Assembly (NCBI GenBank): GCA_038087875.1
Contig: JAXLNO010002421.1
Coordinates: 124,001 to 188,000 of the forward strand
Length of the DNA stretch: 64,000 nucleotides
Direction: 5' to 3'
DNA from: Malacoraja senta
Taxonomy: Eukaryota
Of the stretch, positions 1-12,320 are shown one piece after another. The first letter of the stretch is position 1, and the number at the start of each line of letters is the position of its first letter. The notes under the pieces were generated by a model. The model worked only from the letters and a program-made list of their open reading frames with translations. It was not told the DNA's origin and made no database searches. The position numbers were made by a program, and so were the translations under genes.

Positions 1-1438
1 ACTGCAGATGCCATGGTCTTGGCAAGTACATTTCTCAGAATAACATGATGTATCTTTAGAAAGGGATAAGGAGGAATCTCTAGAGTCAGATGGTGGTGAA
101 TCACATATTAAGTTCTTGGAGCTCTGGAAAATTATCAATCTTTGATGGGAAGAATGGATAGGGAGGCTGCTCGCTTTGCTGGAGGGTTTGAGAGTGGACA
201 AGGAATTCTATGCAACGTGCGTTTGGAATTTCAAGTGTACGGCACGTAGATGTTGTGTAATTGGCTCAATTATGCCCTTAGTGCATTGGAAAAGGTAAAC
301 AGGGTTTTCACCTATGATGACATTTTCTGCTAACTGCACTTTATCGTAAGCAAGTAGGCTGGCTTTCAGAAACAATTAGATGATTGAGGGCTCGCTTAGA
401 ATAACTGGGAAATTATGGAGCAGCCTACAAGGATATTTACAGTGTAGCTAAAGGATAAGTTAAACCTTTCTTTTCTCCGAGACATGCAAGAATAGCTCGG
501 TGCTTGATTTAATGCAGAACTTTTGAAGGACAGTTGCTGGGCCCGCAAGATCTCTATACCAGCCATCATAAATAGGAGTCTCCAATGGGCAGAAGACTGT
601 GAGACTTGATGGTATTTGCCACGGCTTCTATCATTTAACACATTGAGCTGAAAGCCATGAGATTCATTGCTTTTTTAATGCTTTATCTTGTAATTTGATG
701 TAATAAAGATAGTCATTTGTACCCCTGAAATTTTCTTTCTCCGTTCATTGATCCGAATCCTATTTATGTTTCATCACAAAGAGAGAATTGGATAAACTAA
801 TTGTGAGCAAAAACATGCAAAACTACAGTCGAAGGGCTGGGGTTAAACAAGTGATTTTCTCCAGTAGAGTGGTGGCATTGGCCTGATAGGATGAATGGTC
901 CCCATCAGCACAGTAAACATTTAAATGATCCATTGATTTGTATTCATCATCGTATATCAAATAAACTTAGGGATACGGAAGGAGAAATATTTTGGCCTGT
1001 TTATATGGTGCAAAATAACCCACCCCAGAACAATAAATAGTTGTGAATTTACACTTAATATTATCTGTCACTGAAGCAGAGTGCAGAGGTTCTCAAATTT
1101 TATTTAAGAAATCGTATTAAGGCGACTGTATAGAAAATGGTGGGTATTGCTTGGCTGCAAGATGGGAGTAGTATTGTAGTGGTAGTGATGAGGTGTTTTG
1201 ATGGCAGTGATAGTAAGATTAAACGAGAACTTACCAAGTTTGAAGTTTGATCTTTATTTTATGAGGAGTAACGTTGAGGGATTACGTGAAGAAGACCCCG
1301 TCCAGCCGCACACGCATCAATCTTTCAAAGCAGCGGAGTGACAATCACAGACGATAATTACTGAAGTATGATAGTAAGATGCATAAAGACTTAGAACTAC
1401 CAGCTTGATCCTTTTATGAGGGTGGGAGCGAAGGGCAT

Positions 1439-1549
1439 GTAATCCCTCAACGTTACTCCTCATAAAATAAAGATCAAACTTCAAACTTGGTAAGTTCTCG
1501 TTTAATCTTACTATTTTACTTCGGAGTCACGTGAGTGACTACGTGAAGA
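1439..1549. repeat. DIRS internal complementary region (ICR)
   Basis: 1439-1514 is the exact reverse complement of 1210-1285 (76 nt); 1514-1549 is the exact reverse complement of 6091-6126. Confidence 0.92.
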
Positions 1550-1842
1550 TTTCAAAGCTCTGTGATTTCACACCGTGGATTCAAATCCAGGTGTTCACTG
1601 CATCGATTGACTCTATTTGAGTAAGCATAATCAACAATGCATAACCACAACATTTGAATGTAATCAGTTAATGGTTTTATTTATTTTACTAAAAATAACA
1701 AAATTTAGGCCCATTTATAATGGGGGATTTAATACTGTATCCAGCACGGCATCACCAAACCCTCTGAGATCTTTAATCTCCTTGTGGTAATACTTGTGAA
1801 ACATCTGTTCACTTGCCCATCCTGCGGCCGCGAGAATAAGGT

Positions 1843-2709
1843 CTATTGGCACGCTGAATCCCTGTCCGCTGATGTTGATGCCGCCCTCGAGGAATGAGAT
1901 TTAAATTTATCAGTATCAATACCTGAATATCTCAACACCTGTTTCAACCATCGTGAAATTGTTTGTGTTGATACTTTCTTATGAGGCTTTTTATGACTAA
2001 TAAAAAATGCCAATTCGGCGCCTCTTAAAACTTTTGTTGTTTCTATGTAACATTTCACATATGTTACTACACACAGTCGTGAATCTGTAGGATATGCTAA
2101 AAATTCCAACTTGCATCCTGTGGACCCAGGTCTACTTTGCTTCAGTAAATCATAGACATAGAATGTCACGGCATTGTGCCCTACTTTCATTCTATCAATT
2201 CTGAGTTTCTGTAATGTTTGAACTCTCTGCGCTGAAACTAATGCCATGAGCATAACCAATTTCATGGTAATTTTGGATAATTACAGGGTTTCAACTGGAT
2301 TCCAACTCCTTAGGAACATCAGTACATCTTTTACATTCCAAATTTCTGTATACCTGGGTCTGGGAGGATTAGAGTTAAAAATTCCTTTCATAAACCTACA
2401 GACCGAAGGATGTGCTCCAATTGGAGTTTGTTCTGATTCACTGCTTAAATATGCAGAGAGTGCACTTTGTGCAGTATTAATTGCACTATAACTTAATTTC
2501 AATTCATAGTGTAGAGTTGAAAGAAACTCTATTACATCTGAAATTTCTACTGTGTTATATGCAATATTCTTTCCTGAACAAAACACCTCCCATTTCTTTA
2601 TATAGGAAATGTACTGCTTCTGGGTACTATTACTCCAGGCTGCTGTCATAACATCCACCGTACGGTCTGATAATCCTTTTCCAAGATATGGCCTTCTTAG
2701 AATCTGCAA
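1843..2709 (-). pseudogene. DIRS tyrosine recombinase, frameshifted (ORFs 2281-2709 and 1843-2265)
   Basis: N-terminal SAM-like part (WSNSTQKQYISYIKKW, YSAINTAQSAL, RFMKGIFNSNPPRPRY) and catalytic part (SAQRVQTL, HSSRAASTS = H-x-x-R); premature end. Confidence 0.88.
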
Positions 2710-3242
2710 ATCAACAAACCAATACGATTATGTAAAGGATGTGATTCATTAGTCACAGGGTGTACAAGCAGTTTAATCTGCTTTGGAATAACCATAAGGG
2801 GTTTTTTGATCATTTTTAACACCAGTGGGTACCATACCTGTGTAGGCCAATCTGGTACTACCAAAATCCCTGAGGCTGAATCTTGTTTAATTTTCTGTAT
2901 GCATTTGTGGATTAAACAAAATGGTGGATAAGCATACAGAAACATACCACCCCAATGTAGCGAGAAAGCATCCACCACTACTGCTCCAGGATCAGGTTCC
3001 CATGACACATATTTAGTCAACTGGTGGTTCAATTTTGATGCAACCAGATCAATTTCTGGCATTCCAAATTGTGTGATAATTTGTGTGAATATTTTCCAAT
3101 TTAACATCCATTCTGTATTATCATTAAATTTACGTGATCTTTTGTCTGCAATTGTATTAATTTTTACCTGGTAAATATATTGCTGACAGCCAAATTTTTC
3201 TGGCAATACCCCAGGTCCAAATTTCATTTGCCAATTTATCAC
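2697..3242 (-). pseudogene. DIRS methyltransferase-like domain
   Basis: PEIDLVAS, DAFSLHW, YAYPPF (NPPF-type motif IV) and LVVPDWPTQVWYP, characteristic of the DIRS1 MT-like domain. Confidence 0.8.
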
Positions 3243-4330
3243 ATGATTCTGATTTTATACCACCCATGTGATTTATGTATGCTACAGCTGTAGTATTGTC
3301 AACCTGTACCTGAACATGCACATTTCCCATATCAGTGCAATAAGCTCTAAGGCCGTAAAATGCGCCTAATAGCTCTAGGTAATTGATTCCCAGATTTTCC
3401 AGCAAAGGTACTTCATTCACATTCCACCTACATCCACAGTTGGAAATCATGTTAGTAGCGCCCCAACTCAGCACACTTACATCAGTCAGTAGAGTGACGG
3501 AAGGTGTTTCGACCAGAACTTTTCTGGAAGCATTAGAAACATTGTTAATCCATCATTCTATTTCCGTAATGGATTGAATTGTTAATTTCATGGGCCTATC
3601 AAAATGCCCTCTATTCATTTTTAACGCTTGTACCTTAGCTCTCTGTAAACATTGATAATGCAATGGTCCAAACGTGACCGCTGGAAACCCTGCAATTAAT
3701 TTGCCTAGCAAGCTTGCCACTTCTCTAATTGAAGGTGTCCTCGTTAATGGGTTTTATGCATCCTTCAATTAACTGCAGCTTTTTATCTTTTGGCAAAGTG
3801 ATTACCATGTGTTCGGAGTTAATTGTGAACCCTAGGTAATCAATCTTTTTGCTTGGTAACAATTTAGATTTTTGTAGGTGAATAATGAAACCTAATTTCT
3901 CAAAATGTATTTGACTTTGGATCCTGACAATTTTGCAGCAGCCAAAGTGTCCCCTACAATGAGGATATCATCTAAATAAGCCATTAATACATGGCCCTCA
4001 GCTCTTAACAGAGCTAAAATTTGGTTTGAGCAATTTAATGAATAATCTTGGTGCTGAAATCAGACCATTGGGCAATGCTTTAAATTGCCATAACTGACTC
4101 ATCCATCTAAATTTCAAATATCTTTGATCATTACCATGCATTACCACAGAATAATATGCATTTTGCAGATCTATGCTTGTCTTATAGCAATTCTTAATGA
4201 CTAGCTAAATGGCATTGGTAAATGTTTCCATTTTGAAATGTTTCTATTGTACATAAAGGTTAAGATTTGTCAGATCGGAAATGATTCTATGTCCACCATC
4301 CCTTTTATAGAAGAATATTCCTAGGAGAAT
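3157..4330 (-). pseudogene. DIRS reverse transcriptase / RNase H, frameshifted
   Basis: MAYLDDIL on the minus strand near 3960-3995; RNase H motifs INYLELLGA and VQVDNTTAVAYINHMGG in ORF 3157-3474. Confidence 0.88.
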
Positions 4331-4366
4331 ATTTGACACAAACTGATGGTGTTGTTCTCCTGACAT

Positions 4367-5480
4367 TTATATCATCCTTTTCTGCATAAAGTTTTTCAAT
4401 TCTCCTTTGATCAACCCATTCTCTTCCTTTGAGAAAATCCGGCAGTTGTTGTCCCCTTCTAATAGGCACATTGCAACCTCCACGTATCCTCGGTGCAGCA
4501 CGTCAACGTGTATACGAGAATGATAGGATTGTTCCTTCTCCAGCACCACATTTCGCCTGTAGGGATACTGCCTTCTCACCGCTCTGCTCAGCATAGGTGA
4601 TCCTTTAGTTTCTTTGCTAGATTTTCTCCAAAACAGATTTAGGCATTTGTATTTTGCATGGTTTGCAGAGCCTGCATACTTAGGATGAATATTTGGTCTT
4701 ATTGCATTTTTATGAATACAATTTATTTCAAAGTGCGCACTACACACGAGTGCTACATTTTGTTGTGAATACGATATATAACCTTCATCCAAACCACTGA
4801 CCCCAGAAATTTCAGCACTTGTGTAATTTCAATTCTTGTGAGCGTAAACCACTGCTCAAATTACCCATATCAAGTTTATTCACTGCTGTAACTGCTGCAA
4901 TTTCCCGGGTCTCATATTTTTTGATAGTCTCATCCATGGTTAATTCCTGGGCTGATGGGGGAGTAGATAATTTATAGTCATAGCTATTTCCTCTCTCAAA
5001 GGTTCCCCTGTTACTCTGGGAACAGCAAAGTTTTGTGCCAGCCTTGGAACATTTTTGGCTCTGATAATGGGCTCTGGTCCTCATTTAAATCATCATCTAA
5101 ATCTAGATATTCATTTTTATGTTGGGTAATTTCTGGCTCCCCTGTTTCAGGTAAGTCTCTGCCAGATTCCCCCTGCACGGGCTCTCTTGTAGGCCCACGG
5201 ACAGGCAGCCCTGCTTCAGGTGCTGCTGGCGCTGGCACAATTCTAGGCCAACGCTTCATTATTTTACTCTTTATATTTGTCGGTGCTGGCACATTAGCAC
5301 GTTTGTGCTGCCTTTTGTTCAGGCATTTCTAGTACTGGCTCTCCAATAGGCCAACATATAACTTGCCTTTTTTCTGGCATTTTTGGGCACTGGCTCTCCT
5401 GTAGGCCAACCTCTTTAATGTTTCTGCACAGGCACTGATGGCTCTCCTGTAGGCCACCCTTGTGGCTGTTCCAAGGCACC
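4367..5480 (-). pseudogene. DIRS ORF1 (gag-like), fragmented
   Basis: Lies between the 5' ITR and RT; broken into several short ORFs; no diagnostic motif read. Confidence 0.5.
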
Positions 5481-6124
5481 TCCTGTGCTATACTTCATTG
5501 GCCAACACCGACTTAAATCCTCCTGTGGGGGTTCTTTACAAATCATCTGCCCCATAAGAAGTTAAAAAGTTTTTTTTAAATTATTTTTTTTATTTTTTAT
5601 TTTTTATTTTATTATTATTATTTTTTTAATTTGTTTTTACCCTTGCAGTGTAATACTCTTTCCTGCCTGAGGAGGGCATACCTCCGGGTCTGACTCATCC
5701 GAGTCTACAGGTCGGGAGATTTTTTTTTTTTCCTCAGCCTTGCGCCCCGCCGCCGGCGGTTTACGCACATTCGACCACAACGGGAGCTAATGGCTTCGCT
5801 GCCACTGACTCCCCTGACTGACGCCCGCTAACTTTAGGGTCTGGGGTTTTACTACGGTGCGTCCCTGGCCTCTCCTTCCCATTTCTCCATAATAAACTTG
5901 AGTGGAGCTCCACCAACAAGTCTAAACGAGAAGGAAACGCTCCTGTAAGTGAAAAGTAACTCCACTTACCTTCCGACTTTTGTTTTACTTTTGTTTTACT
6001 CACCGGCTGGAGGAGCTCCTGCTCCTCCACACACGGTCATGAACGCTATGCGTCTGATCGATAATGACGCGTGTGCGGCTGGACGGGGCTTCTTCACGTA
6101 GTCACTCACGTGACTCCGAAGTAA

Positions 6125-9100
6125 AATTGTTATTTAGACCCAATCCTGGACAGACTCTCAACAAAACCGGCTCCTACCATAGCCTCAGTGCAAACTTTAA
6201 ATGATTTAACTAAGACTAGGAATATGGTTGACATTTGGCGACTGCAGCATCCTACTAACAGAGATTTCTCTTTCTATTCTCATGTCCACAAATCTTACAC
6301 TAGGGTTGACTATTTTTTGATTTCGTCTGAATTACTGTCCAGTATAACAAATTCCACCTATCATAATATTTTGATTTCTGACCATAGTCCGGTGTCACTT
6401 CAATTTAAATATATTCTGTCCAAACAAAAGTACAGCTGGCACTTCAACCCTCTTCTTCTTAATGATCACTCTTTTATTGACCAAATGACTGCATGTATAG
6501 ATGAGTTTCTTACCATAAATGATAATGGGGAAGTCTCTGATTCCACTTTATGGGAGGCTTTTAAGGTTGTGATGAGAGGCCATATCATTTCATTTGAATC
6601 ATATACAAAAAGAGAACTTAATCGTCGCCTTAGGGATATTGATAAGATGCTTCCAGTGCTTGAAGAGACGTATAGATCCTCTCTCTTACAGTCTGACTAC
6701 AATAAGATCTTAAAACTAAAATATGAATATAATACTATCCTCAATAAACGTCTTAGCAGCCAATTACTAAAGCTCAAACAGAAATACTTTGAACTCTGTG
6801 ATAAACCAGAGAAATTATTAGCAAGTCAACTTAGAGGTGAGCAAGCTAATCGTGCCATTCATAGGATTAAATTAAAATCAGGTATGCTGGTTATTGACTT
6901 GAAGCATATAAATGCTTGCTTCAGGGACTTTTATAAAGAACTTTATTCCAGTAAAGTAAAGCCCACTGAAACAGATTTTTGTGATTTTTTCACTAACCTA
7001 AATATTCCACAACTTGATGGAGCATCTAGAGATGATATTGACACTCAGATTTCTGTAGATGACCTTCTGGAAGCTATCTGAGCATTTCCCTCTGGAAAAG
7101 CAGCAGGCCCAGATGGCTTCGGCTGCGAATTCTATAAGGCGTTTCATGGAAAAATAGTCCCTCTCATGTTAAGAATGGTGAATGATTCAGTGAAAAACAA
7201 GAGGCTCCCTAGCTCACTCTATGAAGCTAATGTTTGCTTGCTCCTGAAAAAGGGAAAAGCAGAGACTGACCTTGCAAGTTACAGACCAATCGCTCTTCTG
7301 AACTGTGACCAGAAGATGATAACTAAAGTCCTGGCCACAAAATTAGGTAAGCATATCTCAAAAATTGTACATCCTGATCAGACTGGATTTATACCGGGTA
7401 GATTCTCATTTAGTAATGTTCGTCTGCTGTTAAATACATTATATTCGGTTCATGACAAGGATACGCAAGCTGCCATCCTATCTCTCGATGTTCAGAAGGC
7501 TTTCGATCAGATCGAATGGCCCTATATGCTAGAGACGTTAAAACAGTTTGGGTTCGGGATGAACTTTATAGAGTGGATTAAAATAATTTATTCAAATCCA
7601 GTATCTTCTATTCTGACTAACACAGAAAAATCCCAACCTTTTGACCTGCAGCGCGGTGTGAGACAGGGTGATCCCCTTTCTCCCCTGCTGTTTGATATCG
7701 CTTTAGAACCTCTTGCAATAGGAATCAGGGGTCACCCGGGTATTCATGGTGTAAAATTTGATAATGTTGAATGTCTTGTGAATTTATATGCAGATGATTT
7801 ATTAATTTGTTTATCTGATCCGGTAGTGTCAGTTCCCAACCTTCTGAACTACATTAAGTCATTTGGTAAACTGTCAGGATATACAATTAACTGGGATAAA
7901 AGTGAATTCATGCCCTTGACGAATAATTTGAGCCCTGCTTTCTTGAAATCTTTGTCATTTAAATTAGTTACCACCCACTTTCCCTATCTTGGACTGAAGA
8001 TTTCCAGAAACCCCAAACTTCTACTTAAATTGAATTTTTTGGACATGGTAGACAAATTAAAAGCTAGCAATAGGTGCTGGAAGCTGCTTCCCCTCTCAAT
8101 GATAGGTCGCATCAATGCTATTAAAATGGTTGCACTTCCAAGATTTTTGTATCTTTTCCAAAACCTTCCTGGCTACTTACCTTTGTCTTTTTTCAAACAA
8201 CTGGATTCGGTTATACTCTCATTTGTCTGGGCAGACAAATCCCCTCGCATTGCTAAAGCCCACCTACAGAAAAATGTGGACAGGGGTGGCCTCGGCCTTC
8301 TGGTACTGAAGCATTACTACTGGGCTGCAAATGCGAGGGCTCTCACTTTCTGGAAATGGGGTTTTCCTGATGATGTTTCCCCACTCTAGCTAAAAATTGA
8401 ATCCATGTATGTTTCAGAGACCTCTCTCCCAGTGTTGCTCTTTTTCGGAGCACAGGTTCCCTACAAATTAGTTGGCCATAACTTCATTCTCAGAAACTCC
8501 GTAAGGATTCTGAATCAAATAAAAACAAATTGGGGATTGGTAAATATCTCAGTGTATACTGTTTGTGTCTACTGTTTGTGGGTGGGGGTGTTTGTTTGTT
8601 TGGTGTTCAGCCATGAGCGAGTGGCGGTGTGGGCTCGATGGACCTGGTGGTCTGCTCTCGCACCTACTTTCTATGATTCTATGATACCCCTATAGTACAC
8701 ACAATCACTTGTTCAAACCGGCACTGATGGATAGAGTGTTTCTGGACTGGAGGGGGAAGGGGCTGTGTTGTATTGATGATTTCTACATAGATAATAAATT
8801 TGCCTCATTTTTTCAGCTCCAAACTAAATATCGCCTTCCTCAGCAACACTTCTATCGCTACCTTCAAGTCGGGCAATTTGTACGGGAGCGTATCCCAGAA
8901 TTCATAGTCAAACCAAAAAGTCACATTCTTTATGATCTACTTCTCTCACAGCCTGACTCTAAACACTTGATCTCCCGCTTTGTCACTGCCTTTACGACAC
9001 CAGTTGAAGCTGGTCATCTCAGGGAGGCCTGGGCTACAGAATTGGGCACTCCTGTGTCAAATGAACTGTGGGAGGAAGGTTTGTCCGGTATACAGAGTTG

Positions 9101-9870
9101 CTCTATCAGTTCCAGATACAGATTAATTCAATTTAAAGTCTTGCATAGACTACATTATTCTAAAACCAAACTTAACAAGATTTTTGAATCAGTTTCCTCC
9201 ATGTGTGACAGATGTGGTACTGCAGAAGGATCACTATCACATTTATTTTGGCACTGTCCAGTATTAAGTAATTTCTGGAGTGACATATTTAACTGTCTTT
9301 CCAAACAATGTCGAATAAATATTCGGCCTGATTGTAATCTGGCTATTTTTGGTTGCTCTAACAATACAAGGGCCCTTCCTTCCCACCAGAAGCAGATTCT
9401 TAGAGCAGGTATGGTTGCAGCTAAAAAAATAATATTACTGAATTGGAAGTCCCCACTCTCCCCATGTTTTAAGAGGTGGCTCAACGAAATGCTTTCTATT
9501 GCTAAGATGGAACAGATTTGTTTTAACAAAGGAAATTTACAAAATTATTTTTTGAAGGTGTGGAAACCATTTTTGATTTTGCTTGAAGAGGCATAATTGT
9601 CTGATCTGTTTATTTTGCTGCTGTGCTATGTCTTTAATCTGAGCGAACTTTGATCTTGCACTCTGATTGATATTCTGGCTGCCCTCCACTCGTTTTTTGT
9701 TTTTTTTTGTTTCTTTAATTGGTGTTTTTTGTTTGCTGTCTACTGTGTGTTCGTTATGATTAAAAAAATGAAGCTGTACAATAATTGTATAATGGTAGAT
9801 GCCGAGCGATTTATCCTTGTACAATTGCTTCCAATAAAAATAAATTAATAAAAAAAGGATAAAAAAAGAA
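6125..9870 (+). mobile_element. L1/Tx1-clade LINE, 5'-truncated, ORF2 with stops and an insertion
   Basis: APE C-terminus (NCYLDP, DIWR, YTRVDYFL, ISDHSPV), RT (QGDPLSP, YADD), C-terminal CDRC...HLFWHCP, A-rich tail about 9830-9870; stops at about 7081 and 8389. Confidence 0.93.
8560..8687 (+). mobile_element. Short CR1-type 3'-end retroposon inserted into L1 ORF2
   Basis: Ends in ctatgattctatga; flanked by ATAC (8556-8559 and 8684-8687); removal rejoins L1 ISVYT/PIVH. Confidence 0.75.
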
Positions 9871-11053
9871 GTAATATCCTTCCTCTGTATATAATGATCC
9901 ATTACAGCCCCTTCGGGTATTAATGACTTCTCCCCCTCCAGACCAGTCCCTCCACGCTTCACTGATCCCATTGCTATAACTGGGGATTGGTAGGTAATGG
10001 GATCCTACCGTCAGATGAGTCCCGTTAGCCCATCCACACAACAGCTGAAATCCAGCATTTACAGGGATACATTCCTTAGACACCTTACATTGGACTCCTT
10101 TATAGGTAAGGTTACATGCGGAGCCATGAACGGGCCCTTGCAGAGCGCAAGTGAGGTTATTTTTTAACATTTATGACTATACACCCGTGTCCTTGGTTAC
10201 TAAAACAATTTTCATATTGCCTGTTGTCATTATTGGTGGTGAAGTTACATGGCCTAGCCGGTGCTCTTGACGCCGTCCTAGATCCATGATAGCAATTGTC
10301 GTAGGAGTGGTTATTGTTCTTAGGGAGCGGTAAGCAGTTGGCCGGTGGAGCGAGAAGCCTATCATAGCTGATGATAACGGGCTTGACAGGGACCGGTTTT
10401 TCGTCCTGGCACTTCACCAGTCGTTCAGTTCTGCCCCATGCAGGGGATGGGGTAAACAGGGAGGTAATTGATGTCATTCGTGGATAACAAACCACCTGCC
10501 CCTTCCCGAATAGCTCGCTGTGTGCCTGAATAAATAGATTGGAGTATTCTCGTTCCCCTTTCTTTCCTCGTTTGTTCCATCCGTATTCAGGCTTTGTCCA
10601 TTTCCAACCGAAACCGATTAACCCTACTGAGGTCGTCACACATATTAATGCCACGAAGACCCTCATCTTAGCGGTTTATTTCGTATCTGCGAACACAAGG
10701 GAAGGGAAAAGAAAAGAACGTGCAATTTCATAGCAAAATTAATTCGTACCCTGCTTTTCGTGGACCAGATCCCTCTCCCTGACCTCGACCTCCCCCCTTT
10801 GGTTGATGTCACCAAGCACTTTACAATGGTGCAAATGCACCCATGCCGATCGTCCTTCCACCTTTACCGCGGTGGGGGTGGTGAGGAGAACCTGGAAGGG
10901 GCCCAACCATCGAGGAGAAAGGGTGTCCTTACGAACGCAATTCTTAATCAACACATAAGAACCCAGGGTGATCCGTCCATCAACGGGAAAGTCTATGTCG
11001 CCCACATAAGCGGCCTTGATCTCCCCGTGAATCTCACGCAGGGCCCTTGTAAG
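9871..11053 (-). mobile_element. Endogenous retrovirus fragment (class I, gamma/epsilon-like): integrase C-terminus plus env-like SU remnant
   Basis: KDTLSPRWLGPFQVLLTTPTAVKVEGRSAWVHLHHCK (10739-10950); downstream Cys-rich frames with sequons NHS, NFT, NLT, NGT, NGS; ends at CNGSLYTEEGYYF against the L1 tail. Confidence 0.8.
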
Positions 11054-11226
11054 CAAAGATACTAGAGGAGCAAGATAGACCACTCCTCCGAAATCCAATG
11101 GACTGACGTGTAGTACGCAATGGAACGTCACGGCCGCCATTTTCTAATGCAAAACGCGACTTCCGGTTTGCCTCCCGCTGCAAAGATTATATAGCGGAGC
11201 GGATCGGAGCTCCTCTAGTATCTTTG
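11054..11226. mobile_element. P-element-family non-autonomous remnant
   Basis: Perfect 18-bp TIR caaagatactagaggagc (11054-11071 / 11209-11226); extra internal caaagattata end at 11181; start resembles the 5' end of the THAP element at 18627. Confidence 0.7.
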
Positions 11227-11507
11227 GTGTAACCAGTGTAATTAGTGTTGTAGGGAACAGTGTTTGATATAGCGCATCTATCACCTCACATATTTCAGTT
11301 AATTTTATTGTAAATGTTTTCCCCGTTCCCCCATTTCCCTCCCATCTTTCCTCCCCAGCCGCCACCTTTGCGTAGTTTCCCTTGCATTGTATTGTGCAGC
11401 TTCCCTTGTATTGATTTAACACACACTGTGCACAAAATTAAATGTAACTTATATATATATTTATATGAATGTGTGTTTGTGTGTGCCTGTATGTGAGAGG
11501 CAAGTTA

Positions 11508-11566
11508 AGGGTCTGTCCCACCAGCATGCAATTGCATGCGTCCAGCGCGACCGAACGTGGTCACTT
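11508..11566. mobile_element. Harbinger-MITE terminal stub
   Basis: tta|agggtctgtcccac... closely matches the left end of the element at 41079. Confidence 0.65.
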
Positions 11567-12320
11567 GTGTTTTTAAATGTGCTATATAAATAAAAGTGAC
11601 TTGAGTTGACATATTTCTCCAGTTTCTTTCTTCAGATTTCCTCTAATTTGTTTAGCAACCTTTTTCTTTCAATNNNNNNNNNNNNNNNNNNNNNNNNNNN
11701 NNNNNNNNNNNNNNNNNNNNNNNNNNNNNNNNNNNNNNNNNNNNNNNNNNNNNNNNNNNNNNNNNNNNNNNNNNNNNNNNNNNNNNNNNNNNNNNNNNNN
11801 NNNNNNNATTACAATAAGTGTGTATATACATATATAAACACATATATTTGTATGTATACACATATATATATACACACACACACATATATATAAAATATAT
11901 ATGAAATCCTAATATTGTGAATAAAATATCCATGAACACAATGTCGAAATATTTTTCCATTATTTCATTCTATATTAGCGTAACACAATGTAGTACATAC
12001 ATCCCTACATATTTAAATTCAGTCGATAAGTTGGTCAAATAATATGGGGACCTTCTTGCTTTTTTCGAGACATGGATTTTAAAAACTTGAATGTCTCATA
12101 ACGATACATTTGTGGGTCAGCAGTATTTTGCACCAACACCCACAATTTCAAATAATTCTAAATTGAACTTCATAAACAAGGAAAACACTTTTTATTTACA
12201 TCATTTTGTGCGCGACATATACAGGGTTGCAGTGTTTTGCATATCAGCTAATCAATAAAAGTGATGTCAAATTCAACATATTTCAAACAAAGGACAACAT
12301 TTCCAACTTATATACAATAA

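Larger units (their letters stand above)
1210..6126 (-). mobile_element. DIRS1-like tyrosine-recombinase retrotransposon, full length, coding regions degenerate
   Basis: Inverted terminal sequences (1284-1319 vs 6066-6099), an internal complementary region at 1439-1549, and remnants of gag, RT (YLDD), RNase H, methyltransferase-like and YR domains in DIRS order. Confidence 0.93.

Noticed and set aside
1-1200. Short open frames such as 396-641
   Set aside because: No recognisable motif or convincing splice-site pair
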